A stretch of 59,245 bases of DNA, counting the filler, from Catajapyx aquilonaris (taxonomy: Eukaryota): assembly GCA_000934665.2 (NCBI GenBank). It is 2 parts of 2 records of this genome, joined end to end, with 100 filler letters (N's around TTAATTAATTAA, not from the genome) between each part and the next. Parts side by side here need not be neighbours in the genome. Positions count along the whole stretch, not along the records: positions 1 to 29,521 come from JYFJ02004778.1; positions 29,622 to 59,245 come from KZ539217.1. One strand, written 5' to 3'. A model generated the notes under the pieces. That model made no database searches, was not told the origin of the DNA, and saw nothing but the letters and a program-made list of their open reading frames with translations. The translations under genes were made by a program, and so were the position numbers. The first letter of the stretch is position 1, and the number at the start of each line of letters is the position of its first letter. Shown here piece after piece: positions 24,801 to 36,450 of the stretch.

Positions 24801-27800
24801 TCTCTGTTTTACCGCCACAGCACTGGGGGAAAGGAATGGATAGGCCTTGTGCTCAAAACACTCATAAAGATCATGTACAATACAGTACTTCGACATTGTC
24901 TTCACTAACAAGCAATTATTGTAATGTACAATAATAATTAATATCATGGCGAAAATTTCTGGGCAGAGGGCGAGAAACACAGTCAATTGATGAAAAAAGA
25001 CAATGTTCCACTCTGAGAGCCCAAATTCAAGTGTAATATAATGCTAACAATGCACTAGCCCCATTTAATTAGCCATTAGCCATTACCAGTTACGCACCCC
25101 AGGCATCCCAACCCATTTCTTTCCCACATATTGCGTGTACTGCTTATGAATAACAATCACTACTGTATCAGTCATTTTTATGATAGTGTCCCTGAAAAGG
25201 GCTTCTAACCAGCGATGGACAAAAGCGCGATTTCCCGATAGCAGTGACAAACGTCATTGTCACTTTTGAAAAGCGCGGTTTTAATACACTATACAAGTGA
25301 CCCGCGATTTGAAAATAGTTGTGATTTTTAAGCGCGACGTGATTGTTGTCTCATCGTTACTTCTAAAGGAGATGGGTTACTCTACCATTATAGAACGTTC
25401 CCCTCTTAGGAGCAGTGCTAACCCTAGGGTAAAATCAATTAGATTTGTGCGTCTATAGTGTATGTCACCAAAAAATCTTGGACCTACGCCCTCAGGAAAC
25501 AAACATCTCCAGACAGCAAATTCCACTAAGACACCTCGCCTGCGCGCCATCGTGCGGGAGGGCCGGGAAGCTCAGAAAAACACAGCCAACGAAAAGACGA
25601 GAAAAGAAAAAGAACGAGAAATGAAGAAAATGAGAACGAAGAAAAGAAAAAGACGAGAAAAGACGAGAAAAGGATGGGGGGAAAAAAGCAGCCTAACCAG
25701 GACGCGAACCTGCAGCCTTCTGATATACAGGGTGGACCAACTTCAAGTGTCGTTTTATAGCGGCTATTAATAGAAGCGCTTTACGATTGACGTAGCGGCT
25801 ACGTGTAAAATGGCCCACTTCGGCGCCATCGAAAATATTAGCTGCACACTGTGCAACCACATGCAGCTAATATTTTCGATGGCGCCGAAGTGGGACATAT
25901 TACACGTCGCTGCTACGTCATCGCAAAATCACTGCTATTAATCGCCGTTATAAAACGACACTTGAAGTTGGTCCACCCTGTATAGTCGAGCGCGCTGACC
26001 AATACACTACAGAAGCCATCGCTGGGATGGCTCCTTCCGATGGGGTTTCTTATACTGCATAGCGCAGAGGTGAGGCCGCCGTTAAATGACTAATAATTAC
26101 GAGGAGGGGGCGAGCGTGTTGATAGTTTCAGTGCTGGAATATTAATTTTCACTGCTTGATGTGGGCAGGGGGTAGGGGTACGATGTACTAACCCAACCTA
26201 TAAGCCTAACCTTCACTCGTTGCGGATACAGCCCTATCTTCCGCGTATACAGCCCTATCTTCACGTATACTGTCCTATCTTGAGCGTATACAGCTTCCCG
26301 GTCCTCCGGCACGATGGCGCGCAGGCGAGGTGTCTTAGTGGAATTTGCTGTCTGGAGACATTTCTCTCAGGAAGTGGTCAAAAATGGCCGCTACTTTATG
26401 ATGTATGCAGGTGGCATGGGAGACCAAAAAAAACCATTAAATTTCATTAAATATAATGTGTAATTACCCTGACGCGAATAATGTGTTTCCTGTATATTAT
26501 CATAATCATTCATTCATTTTATCTTGAGAATGTTTATTTCTCCATATTTAAGCCAAAGGAATGATACAATGCAAGAAGGGCCCAATTGTGAGCATTGAAA
26601 GTATTTAAATAAAATATAAATTACATGGACATTTCAATGAAAGTTCTGTCAGGTATTCAGGTTGTATATACAGTATCTGTCATTAGGTTTAGCGCAATTG
26701 CCTACCATGACCAGAAACGGAAATAAATAGTTTTTTTTTCACTTCCTGGACATTTTCTATTTCACAATTGGGCCCTTATTGAATTGTGGTCTTCAATTTT
26801 CAGACAGTGACACCTAGCCACACCTCCTCTCCCTCCCGCCCAATGAGCTTCGAGTATTCCTCTTGATCCTGCCTCTGATTGGTACTTCTATGAAACCTCA
26901 CTTCCTTCCTGTCCCTTTCTCAAAATTATCAGACTTTAGCATCATCCTCAGAAACTGTTGAAAATGTCAGAGCATATAGTCTATGTCATTTTCACGTTTG
27001 TTTCAGAAAAGACAATGCAGTTATGATCCCTGTGTTTTTATCCATTAAAATTTTTCAGCCATAAAATTAGTTAATTACTGATATTTTAAGTAGGCAGAGA
27101 CTTTTAACATGGCCTGTAGAATCTCTGATTGTGCCTATACGTGTACTATTGCAGATAGTTTGGTTTAGTGGCCTGTTCCATTTTGTGAAACAGTAAGTGA
27201 TCGATTGCACGTAATTTATCTTTCAGGAAGCAAAAGTGAAAGCAAAGGCTAAAAATGGAAAGAAGTGGGATCAAGTGCAAGGTTGCAGGAAGACACATGG
27301 GACTAAAAAGGTGTTTGAATGTGATGAGTGCCAGAAGAAGTTTCGGCGTGATTCTGATTTGGAAAGACACATGGGAACACACTCAGGCGAGACACCATTT
27401 CTATGCCATGTGTGTCAGAAAAAGTTTTGGCAGGAAGGGCATCTAAAAGATCACATGCGAAGTCACACTGGGGAAAAACCATTTGAATGCCACGTGTGCC
27501 AGAAAAGGTATTCATGTGCAGGGCATCTAAAAGTTCACATGCGAAGTCACACAGGGGAAAAACCATTTGAATGCCACGTGTGCCAGAAAAGGTTTTCGTG
27601 TGCAGGGCATCTAAAAGTTCACATGCGAAGTCACACAGGGGAAAAACCATTTGAATGCCACGTGTGCCAGAAAAGGTTTTCACAGACAGGGCATCTAAAA
27701 GATCACATGCGAAGTCACACTGGGGAAAAACCATTTGAATGCCACGTGTGCCAGAAAAGGTTTTCACGTGCAGGGCATCTAAAAGTTCACATGCGAAGTC

Positions 27801-27988
27801 ACACAGGGGAAAAACCATTTGAATGCCACGTGTGCCAGAAAGAGTTTTCACAGACAGGGCATCTAAAAGATCACATGCGAAGTCACACTGGGGAAAAACC
27901 ATTTGAATGCCATGTGTGTCAGAAAAAGTTTTCACAGACAGGGCATCTAAAAGTTCACATGCGAAGTCACACTGGGGAAAAACCATAG
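16114..27988 (+). CDS. C2H2 zinc-finger protein, predicted coding exons 16114-16335, 19977-20099, 27227-27988 (about 368 aa, 10 fingers)
   Basis: All junctions are GT-AG and phase 0. Exons 1 and 2 carry one finger each (CPYC...HSMTH; CNDC...HQIKEH). Exon 3 carries eight fingers with TGEKP-type linkers. No frameshift or internal stop. Confidence 0.8.
17269..17385. mobile_element. piggyBac-like MITE nested in the LINE
   Basis: 13-bp TIR CCTCCTGA(C/A)GCCC with a 4-bp TSD TTAT at 17265-17268 and 17386-17389. Confidence 0.65.
17390..17660 (-). mobile_element. SINE family B copy nested in the LINE
   Basis: High similarity to 54553-54862; the head is slightly truncated. Confidence 0.9.
17793..18129. 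mobile_element. Solo LTR nested in the LINE
   Basis: TG...CA ends and a 5-bp TSD gatag at 17788-17792 and 18130-18134. Removing it restores the LINE frame CGVTKLD-RIRNEEI. Confidence 0.8.
19328..19898. mobile_element. mariner-type MITE
   Basis: Ends CGAGGG...CCCTCG with about 175-bp imperfect inverted arms. TA flanks the left end and CA the right. Confidence 0.8.
20631..20778. mobile_element. Small palindromic MITE
   Basis: About 60-bp inverted arms (GGCCACTTTATCCTGGTCTTGAAG and its reverse complement) with TA-containing ends. Confidence 0.75.
20833..21437 (-). mobile_element. 5'-truncated LINE 3' end with (CTAT)n tail
   Basis: 17-bp TSD actgagagtgtaaatag at 20816-20832 and 21438-21454. 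The minus strand encodes the C-terminal zinc knuckle CTLC-x8-H-x4-C (CTLCNGKDEFTLFHMMFNCSFY). Confidence 0.85.
22164..22476. mobile_element. Tc1-type MITE
   Basis: TIR CAGGGATGTGCAA...TTGCACATCCCT, about 45 bp imperfect, with TA flanks. Confidence 0.75.
23234..23430 (-). mobile_element. Tc1 transposase C-terminal fragment
   Basis: IQHLWARLQ...RPRNREQLIENVQEEW then, after a frameshift, LASSIFLHVQMYLENNGWHTKY*, the typical Tc1 ending. Confidence 0.75.
23432..23769. mobile_element. CACTA-like non-autonomous remnant
   Basis: The right end reads CACTACACAGAAAA on the minus strand, with many GACAC/GTGTC subterminal repeats in both orientations. The left TIR is missing. Confidence 0.55.
25499..26365. 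mobile_element. Non-autonomous DNA transposon with about 74-bp TIRs and 8-bp TSD, carrying a tRNA-like segment
   Basis: TIRs at 25499-25572 and about 26291-26365. TSD ctcaggaa at 25491-25498 and 26366-26373. Confidence 0.85.
25728..25980. mobile_element. Tc1/mariner-type palindromic MITE nested in the previous element
   Basis: CAGGGTGGACCAACTTCAAGTGTCG arms of about 120 bp with a TA duplication. Confidence 0.9.
27398..27985 (+). repeat. 84-bp coding minisatellite (7 near-identical zinc-finger units)
   Basis: Unit consensus TTTGAATGCCACGTGTGCCAGAAAAGGTTTTCA-NNN-NCA-GGGCATCTAAAAG(A/T)TCACATGCGAAGTCACAC(A/T)GGGGAAAAACCA. Confidence 0.95.
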
Positions 27989-29521
27989 CACCAAGTGTTT
28001 TGGCAAAAAAATGTTTCTTTCGAGTCTCTCTGTCATTCCTCAAAAAATGTGAACTTATTTTCTGTACACCCTGTATAGTACCCTGCGCAAATCTAACTTC
28101 CTGTTGCTAATGCCTATGTAGCAACGTAATAATATTATTTTTTGCTGCACTATGGTTTCCGAAAGTAACCTTCCGAAACTAAAGGAGGTAACTAAAGGAA
28201 ACTAAGGAGGTAATTATATTAATTTGGATTATTTACACCATTCTATTATATCTCCTGTAAACCACTAATAATAATATAGCTAGCAAAAATGGGCTTATGA
28301 TGATGATGTACTGTATCTTTGTATAATGAACTGATAGCTGCTGAAGTGTGATGCGAATTGACCTTAATGTTCACCAAATGTAAGGATTGTTGTGTATGTA
28401 ACCGTTTTTGACAATCACTTGAGGACTTACTCTGGAGGTAGACCATGTGCATTCCATTTTCAAATGTGCCAGAAAAAATTGAGAGACCTAGGTGATAAGG
28501 AAAAGTATTTTGTAATACAGACATGAGAAAACACATTTCCAGGTCGCCTTTGTTTGAAAAGGTTGTCTCAGAAATCTGCCATTGGCACCTACTCTCGTCG
28601 GCTAAGAAAGTTCAGTTAGGCTTGATCTGCCGGGGAAGAAACTTGTGAACAATTTGTTGGGTTAGAAAAATATTATTCTGCAAATTTGAAGCGTATTTGG
28701 GAAAGTAGGAGAGAAACAAGCTGGGTAAAACATGATATTGTGTCAGGTTTCCTTGACTTGACATTGAAGTTCCTGTCGAATGATTTGCTGTTCATGATCT
28801 GTTATTTTTATCTTTGTATTACTTGAAAACCAGGCTGTATTTTAAGATATACAGGCCCGCATGGTGTGATTGATGCAGTGTCTACTGCTGTACTGAGGTC
28901 ATTGGATATGGTAAAATTATTTTATTCATTTGGTAAAACAAAACTTGTCTCAATATTCAGTACCTTTATACACTGCGTGTTATGTTTGTTAAGGGCAAAT
29001 AAAAATAAATAAATATGTAATGGTGGCTGTCTGATTGTAAATAATTCAAAATGAAGTGATGCGTCACGTAGGGAGAGGCGAGAGCTGCAACCCCCAAGCC
29101 TACCCTTGTTGTTCCTTGTACTGTACCCTGTTCTTTTAGGAAGTGTCTTGTTGACGACAATCATCACTTGCAATCGAAGTAACTTATTGAGTAGGTCACA
29201 TGATTTAGTGTCCTTTGATCAAGAAATTCCCTGGGGTTCACGACAACTTTTGTTACAATTGACTAGAGGTGGAATGACTCCAGAGGGATAAATCATCATG
29301 ATAAACAACATACGAGACTCCTAAGCAGACGACCGTAAGCAGCGGTGGTCACCCTTCATGCGTGTTCTGTTGTAAGACTTGTAACTTTTATAGTGTCTGC
29401 ATTAATACATAATTATCCTTACTTATAGTCCGGTCGAGAAACCGAATCCCGTGCGTTTTTTGAGGGGACCTTTTTTTTATGATCGCAAATCATTTTTGAC
29501 ATCCTAAGGATGAAATTTAGC

Positions 29522-29621
29522 NNNNNNNNNNNNNNNNNNNNNNNNNNNNNNNNNNNNNNNNNNNNTTAATTAATTAANNNNNNNNNNNNNNNNNNNNNNN
29601 NNNNNNNNNNNNNNNNNNNNN
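29522..29621. other. Assembly gap with artificial six-frame stop spacer
   Basis: 44 N + TTAATTAATTAA + 44 N, exactly 100 positions. Confidence 0.95.
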
Positions 29622-29854
29622 TAAGTAAACAACAACGCGATACGCCATAACCTGGCAACAACTGCGCGCCATCTATCAACAAAACAGTCCGCTCGACTTG
29701 CGCCCCTCGCGTGACGCGACTGAGCTCACCCGTTCCTCGTCTATGAACCCCCTCTAGATGGCGTTTCCGGACACGGTTTCCTATGTCAAAAATGTTTGTC
29801 TTGGTCCCCTCTATTACCCCTAGAAGTTTGTAAAGTTAGGTCGTAAACACCCTG
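29622..29854. mobile_element. Right arm of a Tc1/mariner-type MITE (same family as 53329-53847)
   Basis: Near-identical to 53640-53847 and ends ACACCCTG-TA. Confidence 0.8.
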
Positions 29855-30486
29855 TATATCTACCAACGACTAAAGTATTACCCAGCGCGTGTCATGAACC
29901 TCTGCAGCGACGTCTGGAGTGCTGGCCTAGATCAAAGAGTTGCGCTCCCCCCAGGCCTAACCCCTTGGGGAGACACTGTGCTAAAGCGCTATATGTAATC
30001 CTCCCAGCCCTAAACCCTGGGAGTACACTGTGATGCAGTTGAAAATAATTACAATTGAGTATTTTAATTATGCATGGAATAATTAATCACAATAATGACA
30101 TACAAATGTGTGCCCAATGAAAGAATACATGGACTCGCCCAATGTGGAATACTATTCCACATTACAGGAACTCGCCACTTATTGAAAGTGAGTGTCACAA
30201 TTATTTATCACATAATACAGTAATCAAGATGCAACAAAATGGGATGAGGGAGAATAAGCAGTGGGACCCGGACCAGATGGCTAAAGCAATAACTGTTGTG
30301 TGCCATTGTAACGACTCATTATTGTAGGGTTGTTACCAGTGTGTTATTATTTGGTTGTGTGGGGTAACGTGGTGTAACCAGGGGTCTGTTGTTATGTATT
30401 AAATTCACCTTGGTTATCGTTGCTGAGACCCTGTGTTACCCATACGTTACTGTACACAAACCGAGGTGTCAATAATGCGACAGGTA

Positions 30487-30703
30487 CAGTGCCGTGCACA
30501 ATAGCATATAACAAGTGTAAACAACGACTTTGGCGTTACCTGGCAACTGGGCGTGTTCGGACATCGGCATGTGGAGAGTGCTTAGCGTTCTTTCTGTCGT
30601 TGCCACTGTTTACGCAGGTAGCGATTGATGCTGGGCGACCTATAGCGAAGGGTGTGTGCATGCTTACCAATGAATGGCATCGGAATGAGCGGGCTGAGGG
30701 GGA

Positions 30704-30736
<33 letters not shown>

Positions 30737-31585
30737 TCGTATTATTATTATTATTATTATATTACCCCATTGGGATTTACCATATCCTTTAGGGGGGTGG
30801 ATTACCACCACCGGAAATTGGGGCCATATTTATTTATTTATTTATTTTAATTTTTATTTATTTATTTTACCCCGTGATGTCCCTTATGGGAGCTATAGGG
30901 GGGTGGCATACCACCATCAGTTTTCTGTATATATTTTTCACTTCATTCACCGGTGCAAGGAGTCAAGGATGTAGGGGAGGGATAGGGATTTTTTGGGGGA
31001 GGGAACATGGGTTCAAGTGCAATGTCTGAAAATGGGTCATGTGCTGTTCCCCAGGAGGTTAGGTTGCCAGACACCTCCTTGGTGCAGGTCAGAGACCCTC
31101 CTGACGCAGGTGAAAGGAAAGTTCCCCAGGCGGGGATCGAACCTGGGGCCTTTCACTCAGCAAGCCGAGACGCTACCATCACGGCCACCACACCTCCCCA
31201 ATTGGAGCCATATAAGATGATCTTATTTAATTACTCCAGGGTAGGTATAGGAGGGGATGTGCAAAGTGCAAGTGCAATGTCTCTAACGGCCATTCCGTAA
31301 ACATCATCGTGCGAATAAGACAGTGACGATAGTGTGATAATAACTCAGCGCCTTCTCAAAATAATATCCCCCTCAGCCCGCTCATTCCGATGGGCCATTC
31401 ATTGGTAAGCATGCACTCACCCTTCGCTATAGGTCGCCCAGCATCAATCGCTACCTGCGTAAACAGTGGCAACGACAGAAAGAACGCTAAGCACTCTCCA
31501 CATGCCGATGTCCGAACACGCCCAGTTGCCAGGTAACGCCAAAGTCGTTGTTTACGCTTGTTATATGCTATTGTGCACGGCACTG
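30487..31585. mobile_element. Tc1/mariner-type element with about 220-bp TIRs and nested retroelements
   Basis: 30487-30707 is the near-perfect reverse complement of about 31360-31585, with TA flanks. Confidence 0.9.
30830..31199 (-). mobile_element. SINE family A, second copy
   Basis: Closely similar to 871-1216. TSD aattgg(g/a)gccatat at 30816-30829 and 31200-31213. Confidence 0.9.
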
Positions 31586-31857
31586 TACCTCGGTTAGTCA
31601 GTAGTTGACCAGAGGCCGAAGGGGAAGGTTCTCCTTAGAGAGCTCTCCGCAGAGGCTAGACGGTCGTCGATTGACCTGCCACCCTGTAAATGGAAAGAAC
31701 TCTATTGATATAAGGTACAGCCATAAATAGAAAATCATAGTTTAACCACCAATGGCCTAATACTCTTGTCACCTTTTTAATTATCACAGTATAATGACAA
31801 TTTCAGTTTGTCCGACATACACAGTAATGAAGAATGATGGTAGTAATAAATCTCAAT

Positions 31858-32010
31858 GTACCTGTGTCCCCTCCCAAATCCCCCCATCCTTACCCTACTT
31901 CCCTAATTGCCCTTGCACAGAGTCTGAAGAACAATTGGAAAATCATTCAAATGGTGGTAATCCACTCCCCTAAAAGGGTCTCGTTCCCTCCAATGGGGAA
32001 AATAAAATAA
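31858..32010 (+). mobile_element. Short 5'-truncated retroposon 3' tail
   Basis: (AAAAT)n tail and 13-bp TSD aataaatctcaat at 31845-31857 and 32011-32023. Confidence 0.7.
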
Positions 32011-34223
32011 AATAAATCTCAATACATTTCCTTGGCCGACCAGATTTCAGTAATGAGATATTAACATTGAAATAACCACTAACTTAGGCATGATTATCAT
32101 GCCAGAATATGGGCTGACGTGCTTGCTAAATAATAAGCAGTGCAATTAAGACTGCTCAATGCCCTACGGCCTACACAAAGTTGTGACACTGCAAGATTAA
32201 GCTGCACAAGCTCCGATGGATGACCATTTTGAATCTAATTGACCTGAAATGGTCATTCTTCAACGTTTCATCTAAATCAGCCTAAGCCCGGAGGTAGTGA
32301 TGCAAGCAGGACATGCCATTAATGCCAAGTTGTGAAAATCAGTGCAGCAGATCATTAGAATGGCTGGATATTCGTACAAATGGTACCATGTTTGATGCAC
32401 ACTGACAATTGGTTTTCATGTGCTACTACTAAGGTCATTTTGCATAAACGTCGGAAAACAATGTTTAATTTTGTTTTCAGTACACAGCATTTGTGATTCT
32501 ACCTGTTACTATAGAACCAAATTATGCCAAAATTCCTCCAATGTCTGTGGCTTTCCCCCCCACAATCTTGCTGTTGTCTCAGAGGTGGCGAAGGAGTTGG
32601 ATGAGTATTACATGGTGAAACTTTCGGTTAGACCAGATGGCCTGTTGAAATGTTGGAGTGAACTTTACACTGGACTGACCATGGATACGACCAGAATGAA
32701 CAGAAACTGAGGTCCTGGACACATTGCAGGGACATTATGGTTGGTCAATGCATATTCTGGATGCTACGGAGTTGCTGAACAGAAAGGGAATCAAGGCTGA
32801 CACGCCGAGTGTTGTATCTCTCTGTTTCTGCTGGTGAAAGAGATCAGGGGAACCAAATAGAATCCGTAGTCCGATCTATGTGGTGGCTGGTGTCTGTAGG
32901 GAATGAGGACTGGTGTGGGAGGGGGGGAGAGACGGGGGAATGGGTGGAGGGGAACTATAGGGCAGGGAATGGTCCTGGCCATCCATTTTCATTCCTTCTG
33001 TTACTATGACATCGAGCTTCCTGAAAATAGTTAATTTCAAGGCAGATGTATTGGAATATACAATATAATCAAGATTCACATGCCTTGGCAGGGCACAAAA
33101 AGAAGTATCCAAGGACTGTCACACGACAGTATTACAAGTGTGTAGTCTCAACCATTAATTGTTGTTCTCACAGTATGACTACAGTAGGCCTACTGAAGTT
33201 TTTTAGGGAATGATTACCACTCATTATAGTCTAGGAGCTAGGAAAGTCCTGTTGGCATTTTGAGAGCCAGATGTTTTGTTTGTTTTGATCAGTGGTAGGC
33301 CTACTATAGTATAATTATGGATATGGATAGGGCTTTCAAAAAAGTTGGTCACATTCAATATCCTACATTTGTAAAATTGTTTGCTACCTCTCTTACGTTA
33401 GTAATTTCTGGACAATGTTGACTTTGACAACCAGGATTGAAGTATAGTAACAATCACAGCCACTCGGCTTATTCTTATATGGTACGCCACCTGCTTAATT
33501 GGCAGCATCTCTCAAAAAGGTTATTACTTTTCAAATAACAGTCATCACCTACATTATATTAGGTTCAACGTTCAATATTCAAAGGTTCATCATGAAACAC
33601 ACAGAGTATTTGCAGTAATCACTCATTTATAACCATAACCTGGAATACAGTACCTTCTGGTTATCCTAAAGATGCTTTGCTTCCAGATCATGCATGCAAT
33701 GGTGATTAATGTACAGTATTGTAATTTGGGAGTAGACACTCATAAAAATGGGAAGCCAACAAGTGATTCACTACTTCTTATCGATTCCACTTGGTGTCCA
33801 TTTATGACTCCGAAATTAATGGTGGAGTCTGCTACCGACAACGACGTCTGTAGATATAACATTGGCCTATAAGTGGATTTTCCCTGAACAGGTAAGTAAA
33901 GCTGTTATTATTTGTAAATTATCTTGGGCGACATGTACGGATATCTGAGGACGCTCTAGGCCTAGCATAGTGGACGCCACGCGGCAGAAGTTTTCTATGC
34001 CCCAGAGCTATGTACTGTACACCATTGTTCCCAAGGGGAGAAGATCAATGTGTACCTTGACACCTTGCTAGTGTTAGAGTATTGTATTGTAAAGTATTTC
34101 GGATGGCCATCCAAATCCCCTCAGTGTATGTAACGCATTTCTTTTCTTTGTTCTGGTACTGATGTATTCACTTTTGTACGTACTCCCTGCTCCCTATGTA
34201 CGCAGGATCTTCAGAGGGAGGTG

Positions 34224-34599
34224 TGTGACAGTATTTTATCCGGCCCACATCACCACCACCACTATTTTGCATTGTTTAGCCGCCACCCTTATCTGGTTTG
34301 TCACGTGACCAAGTGAAGTCTCCATTCCCATCTCGCTTTGCGCCCGACCCCTTTATAAGCCGGAGCCGCCCTCAGCTCGGGGCCAGTTGACGGGAGAATA
34401 TCCTAGCGATTGGTCACGACCTGATCTTTGGAGCATATCCTGGATTGGTCACGGCTAGTCTTCTCTGAAGCTAGCCACCCTACCTTTTCCCATTTACCTT
34501 TCACCACCCAGATATCCTGTGTACCGGTGACATACTCTCGTACAGAAATAAACTGCTGTTGCACCAGATCCATATTGTCTTTGTGTCCATCCTGTCACA
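34224..34599 (+). mobile_element. 3' LTR of an LTR retrotransposon
   Basis: TGTGACAG...CTGTCACA ends, an internal TATA-like TTTATAAG and AATAAA, and a purine tract AGAGGGAGG just upstream. No TSD, which fits a 3' LTR rather than a solo LTR. Confidence 0.7.
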
Positions 34600-35599
34600 A
34601 GAGCATATACCACACCCATGTCATATGACATGACTTCTTGACTTTAGCTTGTCTTCCAACCAATGCCATTCGATCACAATATGCGCCACCTGTGTTCCCA
34701 CCTGCCTCTGCCCTGGCTAGAAATCCCAATGCAACTGACTGTTTACAAACTGCAGCACCACCTGCAAATAGAATGCATAATATTTTCACAGCCTTAGAAA
34801 TGGACGATATTGGTCCTTCAGGATATGTTGTAATTAAACAATTCAGTGAAGTAGTAAGGCCAAGGATTGTAGTATACTCTATACTGTATTACTTACTGAA
34901 AAAACCCGTAAGGCATGTTCGCCAAGAGACAAAACTGATGGAATCAGCTGATGACAGCCAAGTGGCTCACTTAAAAGTTAACTCCAGAATAATTAACCAT
35001 AGGAATTGAGGATAAGGGTCACAGTTCACATGAGAATGATGCAGTAGAACATCACAGCATCACTACACGAAGAAATAGCTAGAGCTTGACACATTGCAGT
35101 AATGTAGTCCTGCATTACAGAAGTGTACGCTGGAGTGTACTGCTTGAGTGGACCACTTGGTGTACCATTGAGCACCTCATAACACCCGAACCACTCCCAG
35201 TATGCCTCATTGGTGCTTCTTGGCAAACTGGGTCGCCGTAGACCAGTTCTGCTTTGTATGACCAGACACTGACGAAGGCCCTTTAGGCCTATATAAGGCC
35301 AACAATAACGTCAGTTTTGAAACGTAGGCCGACACTAGCGATACCACAGATACATTTCCATAAAACAACTAATCCTTCCTTATTGTAAACATTTTCCATG
35401 ACCAGACTTAATGTCCGCATGTTGAATGTTAATATCCACTTTACCTAGGTATTAACAATATCTTCTTTCATGCCATCAGTCATGAGCATTAAAGGTATCT
35501 GATAATGACATCATACAATCTTTTCATGGCAATGAAATTCATATTCAAACTACACCTCTATATAGAATGATTGATGCATGTTATATCCAACTTTGACAA

Positions 35600-36450
35600 T
35601 GCTACAATTCCAGGGCTTGTACTTAAAAGCCCCAAATACACAACTTGATTCAATTTGGCAGCATGATCCTGACACTTATAATGTGGACAGATTCTCATAA
35701 GAGGGTAACGACCAGAATTATTGATCAGATCTCAATAAGGAGTCTACTATCCATTTCAAAGGCAGTGACCTCCATTGGCACCTAAATTACATCAATACTT
35801 TTAGATTAATATTTAAATTAACACCACGGAGTCACTGAATCAATACTTGTTCCAGGGTTGGCCATACAGGAGTGAAGCATAAGGAGGCCTTCCATGCTGA
35901 TCTACCAGGGCCAACTGCTGAAACTTATGAAAAACTATGACTAAAGGGCAACAGATGTACGGTATAACCTGAGCTACTTTTTAACCCCAAAATTAAAAGG
36001 CACAACTTTAAATATTATCAATAAGGCACTAGAGGAAGCCCTAGGAGGCATTGTGATGGAAACTGAAGACACATCCAGGAAGTAGTGGACTAGTGGTTCA
36101 GGAGGTGGAGGGAGAAGACCGGACGGTATGACAGCACTTGTGGCTAAACCCTGAACTTCATACCCGGTGAATACCTTCAAGAATAGTAAATAATACATTG
36201 CGGTAAAGTGTCGCTACCATAGTCTGATTGCTACGACTTGGAAAAAACCTTGTCTTGAAAGCTACAACCAACTATTTTTTCACCACTTGCATCTCTTACT
36301 CTGATGAGAGCAAGTATTTCCTACAATGATTGAAGCTAATTACTCCTGACACACTGGTAGTTGCGACAAGCCTCCAGACCAACACTCCAACAAGCAGGCA
36401 TGGTATTGAAGTTGTGTAATAGCCTCACCCTATCCTGCAACAATCACAGC
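35600..36450 (+). pseudogene. Degraded densovirus-like capsid (VP1 N-terminal part), endogenous viral element
   Basis: In order: PLA2-like KAPNTQLDSIWQHD (from 35626), Gly-rich TSGSGGGG (36089-36112), NYFFTTCISY, and LITPDTLVVATSLQTNTPTSRHGIE (36336-36410). Order and spacing match ambidensovirus VP as recalled. Many stops and frameshifts. Confidence 0.5.

Noticed and set aside
27398..27985. CRISPR-like array or PRDM9 ortholog
   Set aside because: Units are contiguous coding repeats without unique spacers, and no PR/SET, KRAB or SSXRD domain is visible in the predicted exons.
27303..28043. 246-aa antisense ORF
   Set aside because: It is the shadow of the 84-bp zinc-finger repeat, because one stop-free unit is simply repeated.
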